Positions 1 to 9,300 of a DNA stretch of 64,000 nt are shown here, piece after piece. The notes below the pieces were generated by a model. The model was not told where the DNA came from, ran no database searches, and saw only the letters and a program-made list of their open reading frames with translations. The stretch comes from Escherichia phage UPEC03. How positions within the stretch are numbered: the first letter of the stretch is position 1; each line of letters opens with the position of its first letter. The position numbers and the translations under genes are program-made. The DNA is taken from sequence record MW250785; one strand, written 5' to 3'.

Positions 1-1
1 T

Positions 2-2119
2 GTCGTTGACCTGCTTCGTGATGGTATGACTACCAAACAGATCCAGGCTGTAGCGATCAAGTATGCAGCGGATCGAATCTCCGCAAAAGAACCTGACTGG
101 CAGTATGTAGCGGCTAACCTCGAAATGTTCGCCCTTCGTAAAACCGTTTACGGGCAGTTTGACCCGATTCCGTTCTACGACCACATCGCTAATCTGGTTC
201 TCGCTGGGAAATACGATAAAGAAATCCTGGCAAAATGGACTCCAGCGGAGATTGATTATCTGGAATCGAAAATCAATCACGATAAAGATTTTGAATTTTC
301 GTATGCTGGCGTTCAGCAGTTGATCGGGAAATATCTGTTACAGGATCGCACGTCCGGCGACATCTACGAAACACCACAGTATGCATTCATGCTGATCGCG
401 ATGTGTCTGCATCAGGACGAAAAACACGCTGATAAAATCAGTCATGTGGTTGACTTCTATAACGCAATTTCGGATCGTAAACTGTCATTACCTACGCCTA
501 TTATGGCGGGTGTGCGTACTCCTACGCGTCAGTTCTCCAGTTGTGTTGTAATCGAATCTGGTGATTCTCTGGGTTCTCTGAACGCTGTTACGTCCGCGAT
601 CGTGAAATATATCTCTCAACGTGCGGGTATCGGTGTCAACGCCGGACACATTCGCGCTATGGGTTCAAAAATCCGTGGTGGTGAAGCAGTCCATACAGGC
701 GTTATCCCGTTCTGGAAACACATTCAGACGGCGGTTAAATCCTGTTCACAGGGCGGTGTTCGTGGTGGTGCAGCAACCCTGTATTATCCGATCTGGCATC
801 TTGAAGTTGAAAACCTGCTGGTTCTGAAAAATAACCGTGGTGTTGAAGAAAACCGTATTCGTCACCTGGACTATGGCGTACAGCTTAACGATTTGATGTA
901 TAAGCGTTTAATCAATAACGATTACATCACCCTGTTCAGCCCTGACGTTGCAAACGATCGCCTGTATGACGCGTTCTATCAAGCGGATCAGAGTGAGTTT
1001 GAAGAACTCTATACCAGTCTGGAAAAAGACCCAACGGTACGCAAGAAACGCATCAAAGCGGTAGATCTGTTCCAGTTGCTTGTTCAGGAACGCGCACAGA
1101 CCGGACGCAAATACATTTTCAACAGTCATCACGTAAACCAGCAGGGTAGTTTCTCTGTTCCGGTTCGTATGTCGAACCTGTGTTGTGAAATCGCGATCCC
1201 AACTTCACCACTGGACGACGATGATAAACTGGCTGGCGAAATTGGACTGTGTACGCTTATGGCGATCGTTCTCGATAATGCCGATATAAGCGAATTCCCA
1301 GCCCTTACACGCATCGCAGTACGCGCACTGGATAACCTGCTGGATTATCAGAACTACCCTGTTGCAGCGGCTCTGAAAGCCAAACAGCGTCGTTCTCTGG
1401 GTGTTGGTATTACTAACTATGCATCATGGCTGGCAAGCAACTATTGCGACTACTCCGAAGCATACGCCGGAAACGTTCATGAGTTGATGGAAGCGTTTCA
1501 ATTTAACCTGCTGGTTGCCTCTATGGAACTCGCACAGGAACGCGGTGCATGTGGACTGTTCCACGAAACGAAATATGCACAAGGGCTGTTGCCTATTGAC
1601 TGGTACTGCAAAAACGTTGATGAACTGGCAGCGCCTGTGTATAACTGCGACTGGGAATGGTTACGCGGTGAAATTAAAAAACACGGTTTGCGTAACTCAA
1701 CGCTTTCTGCTTTAATGCCTTGTGAAAGTAGCTCGCAGGTAAGTAACTCAACTAACGGGATCGAACCTCCGCGCGGCCCTGTGAGTGTGAAATCTTCGAA
1801 AGAAGGTTCATTCAATCAGGTAGTACCAAACCAGAATAATCAGATTGACTTCTATGATTATCTCTGGACAATGGCAAAACGTGGAAACAAAGGTTATCTG
1901 TCGCACGTAGCGGTTATGCAGAAGTTTGTTGATCAGGCTATCTCTGCAAACACAAACTATGATCCGGCTAACTTCCCAGATGGTAAAGTGAAATCTGAAA
2001 TCATCCTTGAAGATCTGCTGTATGCAAACTATTTCGGCATCAAAACGCTGTACTACCACAACACCCGTGACGGTGCAGGTGAGGAAGAAGCGGAAGATTG
2101 CGAAGGTTGCAAAATTTGA
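2..2119 (+). CDS. nrdA: Ribonucleotide reductase class Ia large subunit NrdA (5' end cut by window edge)
   Basis: Frame is open from nt 2 with no stop before the ATG at 26. Contains the SNLCCEIAIPT active-site loop and a C-terminal CEGCKI tail. Followed by nrdB as in T4. Confidence 0.95.
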   Translation, partial: VVDLLRDGMTTKQIQAVAIKYAADRISAKEPDWQYVAANLEMFALRKTVYGQFDPIPFYDHIANLVLAGKYDKEILAKWTPAEIDYLESKINHDKDFEFSYAGVQQLIGKYLLQDRTSGDIYETPQYAFMLIAMCLHQDEKHADKISHVVDFYNAISDRKLSLPTPIMAGVRTPTRQFSSCVVIESGDSLGSLNAVTSAIVKYISQRAGIGVNAGHIRAMGSKIRGGEAVHTGVIPFWKHIQTAVKSCSQGGVRGGAATLYYPIWHLEVENLLVLKNNRGVEENRIRHLDYGVQLNDLMYKRLINNDYITLFSPDVANDRLYDAFYQADQSEFEELYTSLEKDPTVRKKRIKAVDLFQLLVQERAQTGRKYIFNSHHVNQQGSFSVPVRMSNLCCEIAIPTSPLDDDDKLAGEIGLCTLMAIVLDNADISEFPALTRIAVRALDNLLDYQNYPVAAALKAKQRRSLGVGITNYASWLASNYCDYSEAYAGNVHELMEAFQFNLLVASMELAQERGACGLFHETKYAQGLLPIDWYCKNVDELAAPVYNCDWEWLRGEIKKHGLRNSTLSALMPCESSSQVSNSTNGIEPPRGPVSVKSSKEGSFNQVVPNQNNQIDFYDYLWTMAKRGNKGYLSHVAVMQKFVDQAISANTNYDPANFPDGKVKSEIILEDLLYANYFGIKTLYYHNTRDGAGEEEAEDCEGCKI

Positions 2120-2125
2120 TTCAAT

Positions 2126-2144
2126 GCCCCTTCGGGGGCTTTTT
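2126..2144 (+). terminator. Rho-independent terminator/attenuator between nrdA and nrdB
   Basis: GCCCC-TTCG-GGGGC hairpin followed by TTTTT. Confidence 0.6.
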
Positions 2145-2157
2145 ATAAGGTAAATCC

Positions 2158-3333
2158 ATGTTAACTGTAATGAACACAAACCCAGATCACAAACACTTAG
2201 AACAGCCTATGTTCTTTGGTGAGGATACGGGCGTAGCACGATACGAAGAACAGAAACACCGTGTATTCGAAACCCTGACTGAAAAACAACTGTCATTCTT
2301 CTGGCGACCGGAAGAAGTGGATCTGTCGATCGACCGTATGCAGTACGCGAAAATGCCGGAACACGAAAAAATCATTTTCGATTCGAACCTGCAATATCAA
2401 ACCCTGTTGGATACCATTCAGGGGCGCGGCCCTAACCTGGCTTTCCTCCCTATCGCTTCCGATGTCTCAATGGAAACGTGGATCGAAACATGGGCGTTCA
2501 GTGAAACAATTCATAGCCGCAGTTATACGCACATTCAGCGCAATTTACACATCGACCCGTCGAAAGAGTTCGATAAAATTCTGCGCAACGAAGCGATCAT
2601 GAAACGTTCGGCTTCCATGACAAAATACTACGATGACCTGATCGCAGAATGTCACGAACTGAAAAACATTGTGCTCAAAATCGAAATGTTAACGTCCCAC
2701 GGATACCCAGACGAATCGATCGCAGAGTACGAAAAGAAACGCAAAGAGCAAATGCGTAAATGCAAGGTTGCTCTATACCTGTGTATGCACGCTGTCAACG
2801 CTCTGGAAGCGATCCGCTTCTACGTGTCGTTTACCTTCACGTTCAACTTTGCCGAACAAGGCAAGATGGAAGGTAACGCGAAGATCATGCGTCTGATTGC
2901 CCGTGATGAAGCACTTCACCAGAAAGGCACTCAAAGCAAGATCCGACTCTGGCAGATGGGTAAAGATGACCCAGAAATGGCGGAAATCGCTTACCAGTAC
3001 GAAGAGGAAGCGACAAAGATTTTCCTGGAAGTATACGAACAGGAAAAAGAATGGGCTGAACACCTGTTCTCTATCGGTGATGTAGACGGCGTATCCCTGA
3101 AAAGTACGATCGCTTATATCGAACACCTGACAGATCAGCGTATGCGAGCGGTTGGCTTGCAGTCTCCATTTAAACCAACGCCGAACCCGTATCCGTGGAT
3201 GAACAAATGGTTGAAGTCTGACAACGTACAGGTAGCCCCACAGGAAGTAGAAGTGAGTTCTTACCTGGTTGGCAACCTCAACACCGAGATCAGCGACGAA
3301 TCCTATGCAAAATGGCGACAAAAATACGCTTGA
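2158..3333 (+). CDS. nrdB: Ribonucleotide reductase small subunit NrdB (no intron)
   Basis: 391 aa. Diiron/ferritin-like motifs (SETIHSRSY, IARDEALH). N-terminus MLTVMNTNP resembles T4 NrdB as recalled. Confidence 0.95.
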   Translation: MLTVMNTNPDHKHLEQPMFFGEDTGVARYEEQKHRVFETLTEKQLSFFWRPEEVDLSIDRMQYAKMPEHEKIIFDSNLQYQTLLDTIQGRGPNLAFLPIASDVSMETWIETWAFSETIHSRSYTHIQRNLHIDPSKEFDKILRNEAIMKRSASMTKYYDDLIAECHELKNIVLKIEMLTSHGYPDESIAEYEKKRKEQMRKCKVALYLCMHAVNALEAIRFYVSFTFTFNFAEQGKMEGNAKIMRLIARDEALHQKGTQSKIRLWQMGKDDPEMAEIAYQYEEEATKIFLEVYEQEKEWAEHLFSIGDVDGVSLKSTIAYIEHLTDQRMRAVGLQSPFKPTPNPYPWMNKWLKSDNVQVAPQEVEVSSYLVGNLNTEISDESYAKWRQKYA

Positions 3334-3616
3334 TTGTCGCGTCGTAAACAAGTATAAAGGTAGCTGGGATGTCGATATTCAGAGAGGTACGAAATTCGGC
3401 AATCCCTTCTACAAGGGAACACGGGCTGAAAACATAATGAACTTCATCCCGTATTTCCAAAACTTGATTCGAACTGGCGTGATCACAATCGACGAACTGA
3501 AAGCATTGGACGGGAAGCGGTTAGGATGTACATGCAAACCTCTACCGTGCCACGGTGATTATATTGCTCACTGCGTCAATGTGTTGACCGGAAAGGTGAA
3601 TAAGTTGGATATATAA
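3305..3616 (+). CDS. DUF4326-like small protein
   Basis: 103 aa from ATG 3305, overlapping the nrdB 3' end. Contains GNPF and a C-x-C-x4-CHGD signature. Confidence 0.6.
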   Translation: MQNGDKNTLDCRVVNKYKGSWDVDIQRGTKFGNPFYKGTRAENIMNFIPYFQNLIRTGVITIDELKALDGKRLGCTCKPLPCHGDYIAHCVNVLTGKVNKLDI

Positions 3617-4014
3617 TGGACGATGTAACATTTGGTGTAATATTTCCTTTGCGTCTGGGTTCAGACAAGAGGATAGACCGGAGTTTCGTTAAATGTGGCG
3701 AATTCCGGCATTGTGTGTATTTTATTGAAATTGACGGTCGGATAGTGTATGTTGGAAAATGTCGTGATTTGTGGAAGCGGTTAGACACATACCGCAATTC
3801 GAAATACTGGCGGGAAGCAAACCCCAGTAATATTCTGAAAACCGCACGTCTGGAAATGGCAATCAAAAAACGTAAGCGTGTAAATCTTATCGTGACAACA
3901 CACGATGAAGACACATATCATGATTTTGAAATAAACATGATCCGAAAAATCAATCCTGAATGGAACAAACAGCACTATGACAAAGCTAACCAAAAATCAG
4001 AAAACCCTCTTTGA
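3616..4014 (+). CDS. denA: GIY-YIG nuclease, endonuclease II (DenA)-like
   Basis: 132 aa. GIY-YIG-like core VYFIEIDGRIVYVGK..R..E..N. Same size and position (between nrdB and gene 63) as T4 denA. Confidence 0.6.
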   Translation: MDDVTFGVIFPLRLGSDKRIDRSFVKCGEFRHCVYFIEIDGRIVYVGKCRDLWKRLDTYRNSKYWREANPSNILKTARLEMAIKKRKRVNLIVTTHDEDTYHDFEINMIRKINPEWNKQHYDKANQKSENPL

Positions 4015-5134
4015 CCAGTTGATGAAACTGTGTAACGAAAGCGAATGCTTCTACTTCATTGATCAAAAAACTGTGATGCAAACCAATGTTCGCATCTTTA
4101 ACTATCGCATGGCGAGCTATTCCGACTGGTTAAAACCTGGTGCGCTGGAATGTCGCGGCATCATGTTTGTAATGGATGGGGATACCCCCGTAAAACTCGC
4201 CAGTCGCCCTATGGAGAAGTTTTTCAACTATGCCGAGGTAAAGGCATGGGAAGCGCTGAAAGCCTCTCCTGTGACGATTGGTGAAACCGTAGTGGATGTG
4301 ATGATTAAGGAAGATGGTTCCCTGATCTCCACCTTCTGTGATTCCGGCTATCTGGGCGTTAAGTCTAAAGCATCCGTTCAATCTGAACAGGCTATGGACG
4401 CTATGAGCGTGATCCAGACTAACCGCGCATTGTTCGACCGCCTGACCGAACTGGTTAACGATGGTTTCACAGTCAACATGGAATACGTCGCACCGACAAA
4501 CCGTATTGTAATTGGCTATCAGGAACCAGCAGTGGTGATCCTGAACATCCGTAATAACGACACGGGCGAATATGTCGATTATCAGGATATCTTCGCAGAT
4601 GGTGTATTACGTCCGTTCCTGGTTGAGCGCGAGAAAATCGAAATCACCGATCTGGATGCGTTCATTACCGAAGCCTACACGAAAGAAGGTTTCGAGGGTT
4701 ACGTGATCAAAACTGATAAAGGTTTTGTGAAAGCGAAAACCAACTGGTATGTAAACCTTCACCGCACTAAGGATAGCATCAACAATAATAAGGATCTGTT
4801 CTTAAATATTGTTGAAAATACCGTCGATGACCTGAAACAAATGTTCCTCGATGATATGTACGCACTCAAGAAGATCGACGCGTTCGAAACGTTATTCCTT
4901 GATAGTCTGAATCGTCTGACTGCAAAAGCATTCCAGGCAATCGAAGACACGAAAGGCAAATCACGCAAAGATTACGCGATCGCCCTGAGCGCTGACTTAA
5001 CCCCTGACGGTCGTATTATCTTCGGGCCTATGATGCGTTATTTCGATGATACCGATAAGCAAAAGCTGGTCGATAACATCGTTGCATTAATGGCGAAGAA
5101 CTACGAACAGTTTATACCGGAAGAATATAAATGA
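3977..5134 (+). CDS. rnlA: RNA ligase 1 (gp63/RnlA)
   Basis: 385 aa. Lysine-adenylation motif IKEDGSL. Blocks ALECRGIMF, SRPMEKFFN and VAPTNRIV are collinear with T4 Rnl1 as recalled. Confidence 0.9.
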   Translation: MTKLTKNQKTLFDQLMKLCNESECFYFIDQKTVMQTNVRIFNYRMASYSDWLKPGALECRGIMFVMDGDTPVKLASRPMEKFFNYAEVKAWEALKASPVTIGETVVDVMIKEDGSLISTFCDSGYLGVKSKASVQSEQAMDAMSVIQTNRALFDRLTELVNDGFTVNMEYVAPTNRIVIGYQEPAVVILNIRNNDTGEYVDYQDIFADGVLRPFLVEREKIEITDLDAFITEAYTKEGFEGYVIKTDKGFVKAKTNWYVNLHRTKDSINNNKDLFLNIVENTVDDLKQMFLDDMYALKKIDAFETLFLDSLNRLTAKAFQAIEDTKGKSRKDYAIALSADLTPDGRIIFGPMMRYFDDTDKQKLVDNIVALMAKNYEQFIPEEYK

Positions 5135-5457
5135 CATTACCAGCCTTTCCAAAGTTAACTTCTTTGGTGTGGCCTGTCATTGTAGCCCTGTCTTTGGCAG
5201 GGCTTTTGTACATGACAATCACGCTAAAGAGCGAAAACGATCAATTGGCTAAAGATATCAAAGAGTTACAGGCTGATATCAAAAAAGTCAAAGAGACAAA
5301 CAACACCAATACGGTGATCTATGTCGAACAGAAAGCGAAGGATCAGCAGTTGGTCAAGGATGCCGGACGTAAAGACCTGCTGTTCAAGAAACCAGGACTG
5401 ATCGAAATCAAGATCAACAAGTCCTTCGAAGAGTATATGGCGGAGTACGACAAATGA
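5131..5457 (+). CDS. i-spanin (PseT.3-like)
   Basis: 108 aa with an N-terminal TM helix and a charged coiled-coil. ATGA-coupled to the following lipoprotein gene. Sits next to pseT as in T4. Confidence 0.65.
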   Translation: MTLPAFPKLTSLVWPVIVALSLAGLLYMTITLKSENDQLAKDIKELQADIKKVKETNNTNTVIYVEQKAKDQQLVKDAGRKDLLFKKPGLIEIKINKSFEEYMAEYDK

Positions 5458-5771
5458 AAATTGCAACGATAGCCCTTGTTCTGGGCGTTCTGTTGGTTGG
5501 GTGTGCGGAGAAGCCCCCAGAAAAGATTTTGCCTACACTCCCCGCTAAGGTGAATCCGGTGAATGTGAAATGGAAAGTGGTTGCAGAAGTCCGAGAGATT
5601 GACGGTAAAAAATACCTTGTCATGCCTTATGACGGAAACCCATACGTTGCCCTTTCATATCCCGATTCGTTAATCTTCCGTAGCTGGATGAATGACGTTA
5701 AGCGTCAGAAAGACCAGACGGATAACATTCTGTGTACCGTGGGATACCCTGAGAAATGCAAGTCAAAATAA
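5454..5771 (+). CDS. o-spanin lipoprotein (PseT.2-like)
   Basis: 105 aa. Signal peptide with lipobox LLVGC. Follows the i-spanin candidate. Confidence 0.65.
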   Translation: MKIATIALVLGVLLVGCAEKPPEKILPTLPAKVNPVNVKWKVVAEVREIDGKKYLVMPYDGNPYVALSYPDSLIFRSWMNDVKRQKDQTDNILCTVGYPEKCKSK

Positions 5772-5929
5772 TCAAGTCATTTTTCCGTGACATAACCGAA
5801 GGAAAGGTTTATGATGCGAAGAAGGACAAAGAAGGTCTCTGGATCGAAAATGACTGGAACCGTGATATGTGGCTCAATCTAACGAATGAGCATAACAAAG
5901 AACTGATTGAATATGAGATTGTGAAATGA
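5756..5929 (+). CDS. Hypothetical protein (57 aa; below ORF-track cutoff)
   Basis: Open frame MQVKIIKSFFRD...EYEIVK fills the gap to pseT. Its stop overlaps the pseT ATG (ATGA). Weak SD. Confidence 0.4.
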   Translation: MQVKIIKSFFRDITEGKVYDAKKDKEGLWIENDWNRDMWLNLTNEHNKELIEYEIVK

Positions 5930-6813
5930 ATCTGTTTATTACTGTAGGCGTACCAGGTAGCGGGAAAACTACATGGGCGAAAGAAAAAGCGCGTCAACTG
6001 GGGAACACGCTGACTGTTTCCCGTGACGATATCCGCAAAACCCTTTACTGTGCTGGCGGTGATCTGACTAACTACCGATTCACCGAAGAGAAAGAACTGT
6101 TTGTTTGCCGTGTGCAAGAAGATACAGTTCGTAATGCCCTGGCGAGTGGAAAGAACGTTATCGTTCACAATACCCATTTACACCAAAAAGATCATGATGT
6201 GTGGCGAGAGATCGCGAAAGAGTTCAATGCTGATTTCCATATCGAATGGATTGATGCCGATATCGTAGAACTCCTGAAACGCAACCATAAACGCGGTGTG
6301 AATGCTCTACCTGTTTCCCGTGTCTGGGCGATGTTCGAACAGTACCGTAAACTCCGTGGCTGGGTTCCGGCTATGAGCTATGCAGATCCGAGCAAACCGA
6401 AATGCGTTATCTTCGACGTTGACGGGACATTAACCAAAGTTGGACAACGTAGCCCGTATGACTTCACGAAGGTTATCAACGATCCGCCTAACCCTCCTGT
6501 TCAAGAACTGTTCAGGATGTATAAGGCCGCTGGTTATGCCTGTGTTGTTGTGTCTGGGCGTGAGGGTACTGCACAGTGCGCACATGATACCGCTGCAAGC
6601 CTGATCGGGTACGATATTGACCTGAGTGATGGTATCTACATGCGCGAAGAAGGTGATCATCGTCACGATTTCCACGTAAAAGAGCAAATACTTGTTGAAA
6701 AGATTCTCGATAAGTATTATCCTGTTCTTGCAGTGGACGACAGGGATACACCAGTCGGGATGTGGCGAATGAACGGTATCCCATGTTTCCAGGTTGATTA
6801 CGGCGACTTCTAA
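5926..6813 (+). CDS. pseT: Polynucleotide 5'-kinase / 3'-phosphatase
   Basis: 295 aa. P-loop GVPGSGKTT kinase domain plus DxDGT phosphatase motif VIFDVDGTL. C-terminal end ..CFQVDYGDF resembles T4 Pnk. Confidence 0.92.
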   Translation: MNLFITVGVPGSGKTTWAKEKARQLGNTLTVSRDDIRKTLYCAGGDLTNYRFTEEKELFVCRVQEDTVRNALASGKNVIVHNTHLHQKDHDVWREIAKEFNADFHIEWIDADIVELLKRNHKRGVNALPVSRVWAMFEQYRKLRGWVPAMSYADPSKPKCVIFDVDGTLTKVGQRSPYDFTKVINDPPNPPVQELFRMYKAAGYACVVVSGREGTAQCAHDTAASLIGYDIDLSDGIYMREEGDHRHDFHVKEQILVEKILDKYYPVLAVDDRDTPVGMWRMNGIPCFQVDYGDF

Positions 6814-6819
6814 AAACAG

Positions 6820-6856
6820 TTGACAGTGAAGTGCGGGTGTGATAAGATACCCGCAC
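6820..6856 (+). promoter_or_regulatory. Sigma70-type early promoter with -10 inside a stem-loop
   Basis: TTGACA (6820-6825), 17 nt spacer, TAAGAT (6843-6848). An 8-bp stem GTGCGGGT/ACCCGCAC (6831-6838 / 6849-6856) encloses the -10. SD AAGGAG and ATG 6874 lie downstream. Confidence 0.7.
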
Positions 6857-6873
6857 AAACAAAGGAGAATATT

Positions 6874-7140
6874 ATGGTTATTCGTGAAAATGAAAATGTG
6901 ATGGTTGAACTGGGTGATCGTGTTAAAGTTGAGAATCCTGTTGAACTTCAACTGAAACTCAACCAGTTAGGCCAGCGCATTGCTGATAAAATTCCTGCTG
7001 GTTATACAGTGAAGATTGTCCGCGATGGTCAGTTCTCCTTCCTCCTGGGTATTTTGAGTCAACGCAACATCGTTGAACAACAGTTCGGGATTCAGTGGAA
7101 TCCGGTAACTAAATTCGTAACATGGGCGGCAGTATTATGA
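6874..7140 (+). CDS. Hypothetical protein (88 aa)
   Basis: ATG preceded by AAGGAG; the track ORF start at 6820 lies inside the promoter. Confidence 0.6.
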   Translation: MVIRENENVMVELGDRVKVENPVELQLKLNQLGQRIADKIPAGYTVKIVRDGQFSFLLGILSQRNIVEQQFGIQWNPVTKFVTWAAVL

Positions 7141-7391
7141 GTGACAAAATCAGAAAGATCCATCAAGCATGGTTCTGTACTGAACCAACGATGCTTCGGT
7201 ATGGTTGTGTGTTTGGGTTGGTTGATAATGATCCGCAACAGGACATTGCAACAAGTCCGGTTGTTGAATACGCGATTCCGGCGAACAAATCGTTTGTTGA
7301 AGTAGTGACACGTTCAGGTACTACGTATCACATCGTTAACCCTGATAACGATTTCATCAAAGACATTCTGAAATATATGGATGACCGTTAA
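7137..7391 (+). CDS. Hypothetical protein (84 aa)
   Basis: ATGA coupling to the upstream ORF and TAATG coupling to cd. Confidence 0.55.
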   Translation: MSDKIRKIHQAWFCTEPTMLRYGCVFGLVDNDPQQDIATSPVVEYAIPANKSFVEVVTRSGTTYHIVNPDNDFIKDILKYMDDR

Positions 7392-7921
7392 TGAAATTCA
7401 AAGTAATGAATATGCTGAGAGCAATCGATCGGAGTCAACGTTCTCAATGTATTTCGAATCGTGTAGGTGCTATTATCGCGATGGGTGGTCGTGCCGTCGC
7501 GTGGGGAGAAAATAATACGGTTGACCTTGATTGTCGTTGCAACTCATGCAACAATCATATGGTGAATGATGACGGTAAACTGAAAGCGGTTGATCGTCCT
7601 GAACATTCAGCGTGGTCAAACGATAACGAAATTCATGCAGAAATGAAAGCGCTATTGAGTGCGCACACAAGAGGTGTTATACTCAAAGATGCAGCACTTT
7701 ACACAACTGCATCGCCTTGCCCTAACTGCGCGAAACATATCGAATGGTATGTTGCTAGCGGGGCGATTACATCGGTGTATTATCTCGATAAATACGATCG
7801 TGGTAATGATGAATGGATTTCACGCTTGCAGAAATATGGCTGTGTCGTGGAACAAATTAAACGGGAAGAGTTAGAATCGTTTATCGACTTTTCCAAAGTA
7901 GTGTTTAACAACAATGAGTAA
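7391..7921 (+). CDS. cd: dCMP deaminase
   Basis: 176 aa. Zinc motifs HAEMKAL and PCPNCAKHI. T4-like position between pseT and gene 31. Confidence 0.9.
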   Translation: MKFKVMNMLRAIDRSQRSQCISNRVGAIIAMGGRAVAWGENNTVDLDCRCNSCNNHMVNDDGKLKAVDRPEHSAWSNDNEIHAEMKALLSAHTRGVILKDAALYTTASPCPNCAKHIEWYVASGAITSVYYLDKYDRGNDEWISRLQKYGCVVEQIKREELESFIDFSKVVFNNNE

Positions 7922-8270
7922 AGAAATGTCTGAACTGAAAGTAAAAGCATCCGGCGAATATGTGATCATCGAAGCTACTGCGCGTCCGCAGGGTTCCGAA
8001 ATCAAATCTGAATCTGGTATCGTGGTTGGTGTACGCCAGCACGGGGAACAACCTTTTTATGGTAAAGTTGTTTCTGTAGGCGTAGACGTTCCAGCAGAAG
8101 CGGCAGAACGAATCCTGGGTAAATATATCCCACTGCCAAGCGCTCACATGGCGAATGTTCCTGACCCTGATCTGGTTGCGGGTTACATTTCCGAAAAAGA
8201 AGCAAAAGAGAAGGAAACAAAATACGTTTCCGCACATTACAAAGCAATCCAGGCAATCTACGAGATCTAA
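7914..8270 (+). CDS. 31: Head-assembly co-chaperonin gp31 (GroES-like)
   Basis: 118 aa. GEYVII, VSVGVDVP and the C-terminal HYKAIQAIYEI resemble T4 gp31 as recalled. Confidence 0.85.
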   Translation: MSKEMSELKVKASGEYVIIEATARPQGSEIKSESGIVVGVRQHGEQPFYGKVVSVGVDVPAEAAERILGKYIPLPSAHMANVPDPDLVAGYISEKEAKEKETKYVSAHYKAIQAIYEI

Positions 8271-8272
8271 AA

Positions 8273-8524
8273 ATGGCTAAATCAATTCAAGCAATTATCG
8301 CTGATACCGTCAGCAAATCCAAAAAGCTGTTCGACAAAGGCGAAATTCTGGAAGCCCCGACGCGTATTGACGTAATGACATCAATGATCATTGATGCGCA
8401 TCAGGGTAAACTAAAATCCCGTGCCGATGAAGTCATGGCGTACATCGTCCAGTTCGAAGACGTATGTAAGTACGCGAAAGATGTTGATCCGCTGGTTCGC
8501 GAAATCTATCGCAAACAGTTCTAA
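8273..8524 (+). CDS. rIII: rIII-like lysis-inhibition accessory protein (by position and size)
   Basis: 83 aa, immediately after gene 31 as in T4. No motif-level proof. Confidence 0.4.
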   Translation: MAKSIQAIIADTVSKSKKLFDKGEILEAPTRIDVMTSMIIDAHQGKLKSRADEVMAYIVQFEDVCKYAKDVDPLVREIYRKQF

Positions 8525-8531
8525 AAATTCC

Positions 8532-8608
8532 GGCCCTTTAGCTTAATTGGTTAGAGCGGGTGACTCATAATCGCGCGGTTGCTGGTTCGAATCCAGCAGG
8601 GGCCACCA
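8532..8608 (+). tRNA. tRNA-Met (anticodon CAU; could also be a lysidine-type Ile)
   Basis: Hand-folded cloverleaf. Acceptor GGCCCTT/AGGGGCC, anticodon loop CTCATAA, T-arm GCTGG-TTCGAAT-CCAGC, encoded CCA. There is one G-G mismatch at the top of the anticodon stem. Confidence 0.85.
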
Positions 8609-8613
8609 AATAC

Positions 8614-8689
8614 GCAGGTGTAGTTCAATTGGTAGAATATCTGGTTTCCATCCAGATTGTTGAGGGTTCGAGTCCCTTCACCTGCTCCA
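8614..8689 (+). tRNA. tRNA-Gly (anticodon UCC)
   Basis: Acceptor GCAGGTG/CACCTGC, anticodon stem TCTGG/CCAGA with loop TTTCCAT, T-arm GAGGG-TTCGAGT-CCCTT, encoded CCA. Confidence 0.9.
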
Positions 8690-8838
8690 ATTCGGGTGCG
8701 TAGCGCAATGCCGTTAAATGGTTCGGAATATGCAACCTTATCGTATGCGATAGGCTCTGTTGGTATCCGGTAATAGGTTCCCCGGAATGCGGGGTGAAGT
8801 AAAGAAACTTCCAGCCCACAAATTTAAAAGAGAAAAAT

Positions 8839-9258
8839 ATGAAAGGTCTCCAAAAGCTGTTTGAGTTAACCCCAAAAATTCGCGAAATCGTCGCTGCATC
8901 AACTGAAAAAGAAATCAACGGTAAATTGATGAAACTGTTTACCGAAGAAATCACTGATTTCGATAAAGAATATCGTAAAGCGTTCGATGCGTATTCTGTT
9001 GATGGTTTCTTTGCATCACCGCAGGTGAATAGCAAACATGAATATCATCGACGATTCTTTGACTGGTCGATCGTCAATATCGTTCGACGAACTGATATCG
9101 AACCTACGAACCATCAGTTGATCTCTATGGATTCTTCTGTGTTCTTTATCCAGTATCTTATTACTGGTGGATTTAAAGCAGAAGGTATTCCGTTCTACAA
9201 CGAAGCTCTGGAAGAAGAATTCGCAGAAGCGTATAAGTATATCAAAGCAGTTCGTTAA
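8839..9258 (+). CDS. Hypothetical protein (139 aa)
   Basis: ORF with an A-rich leader, followed by a strong terminator. Confidence 0.6.
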   Translation: MKGLQKLFELTPKIREIVAASTEKEINGKLMKLFTEEITDFDKEYRKAFDAYSVDGFFASPQVNSKHEYHRRFFDWSIVNIVRRTDIEPTNHQLISMDSSVFFIQYLITGGFKAEGIPFYNEALEEEFAEAYKYIKAVR

Positions 9259-9263
9259 TCAAC

Positions 9264-9289
9264 AGGCTATCTTCGGATAGCCTTTTTTC
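9264..9289 (+). terminator. Rho-independent terminator
   Basis: AGGCTATC-TTCG-GATAGCCT followed by TTTTTT. Confidence 0.8.
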
Positions 9290-9300
9290 TGGAGAAGCAC

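Noticed and set aside
8690-8800. A third tRNA after tRNA-Gly
   Set aside because: No 7-bp acceptor pairing and no GTTCRANYC T-loop are present. The only GC stem (CCCCG/CGGGG) has a 5-nt loop. I could not fold a cloverleaf by hand.
8625-9035. 136-aa - strand ORF in the track
   Set aside because: It runs antisense through tRNA-Gly and the start of the 8839 + strand gene and has no SD. It is an artefact of an open antisense frame.
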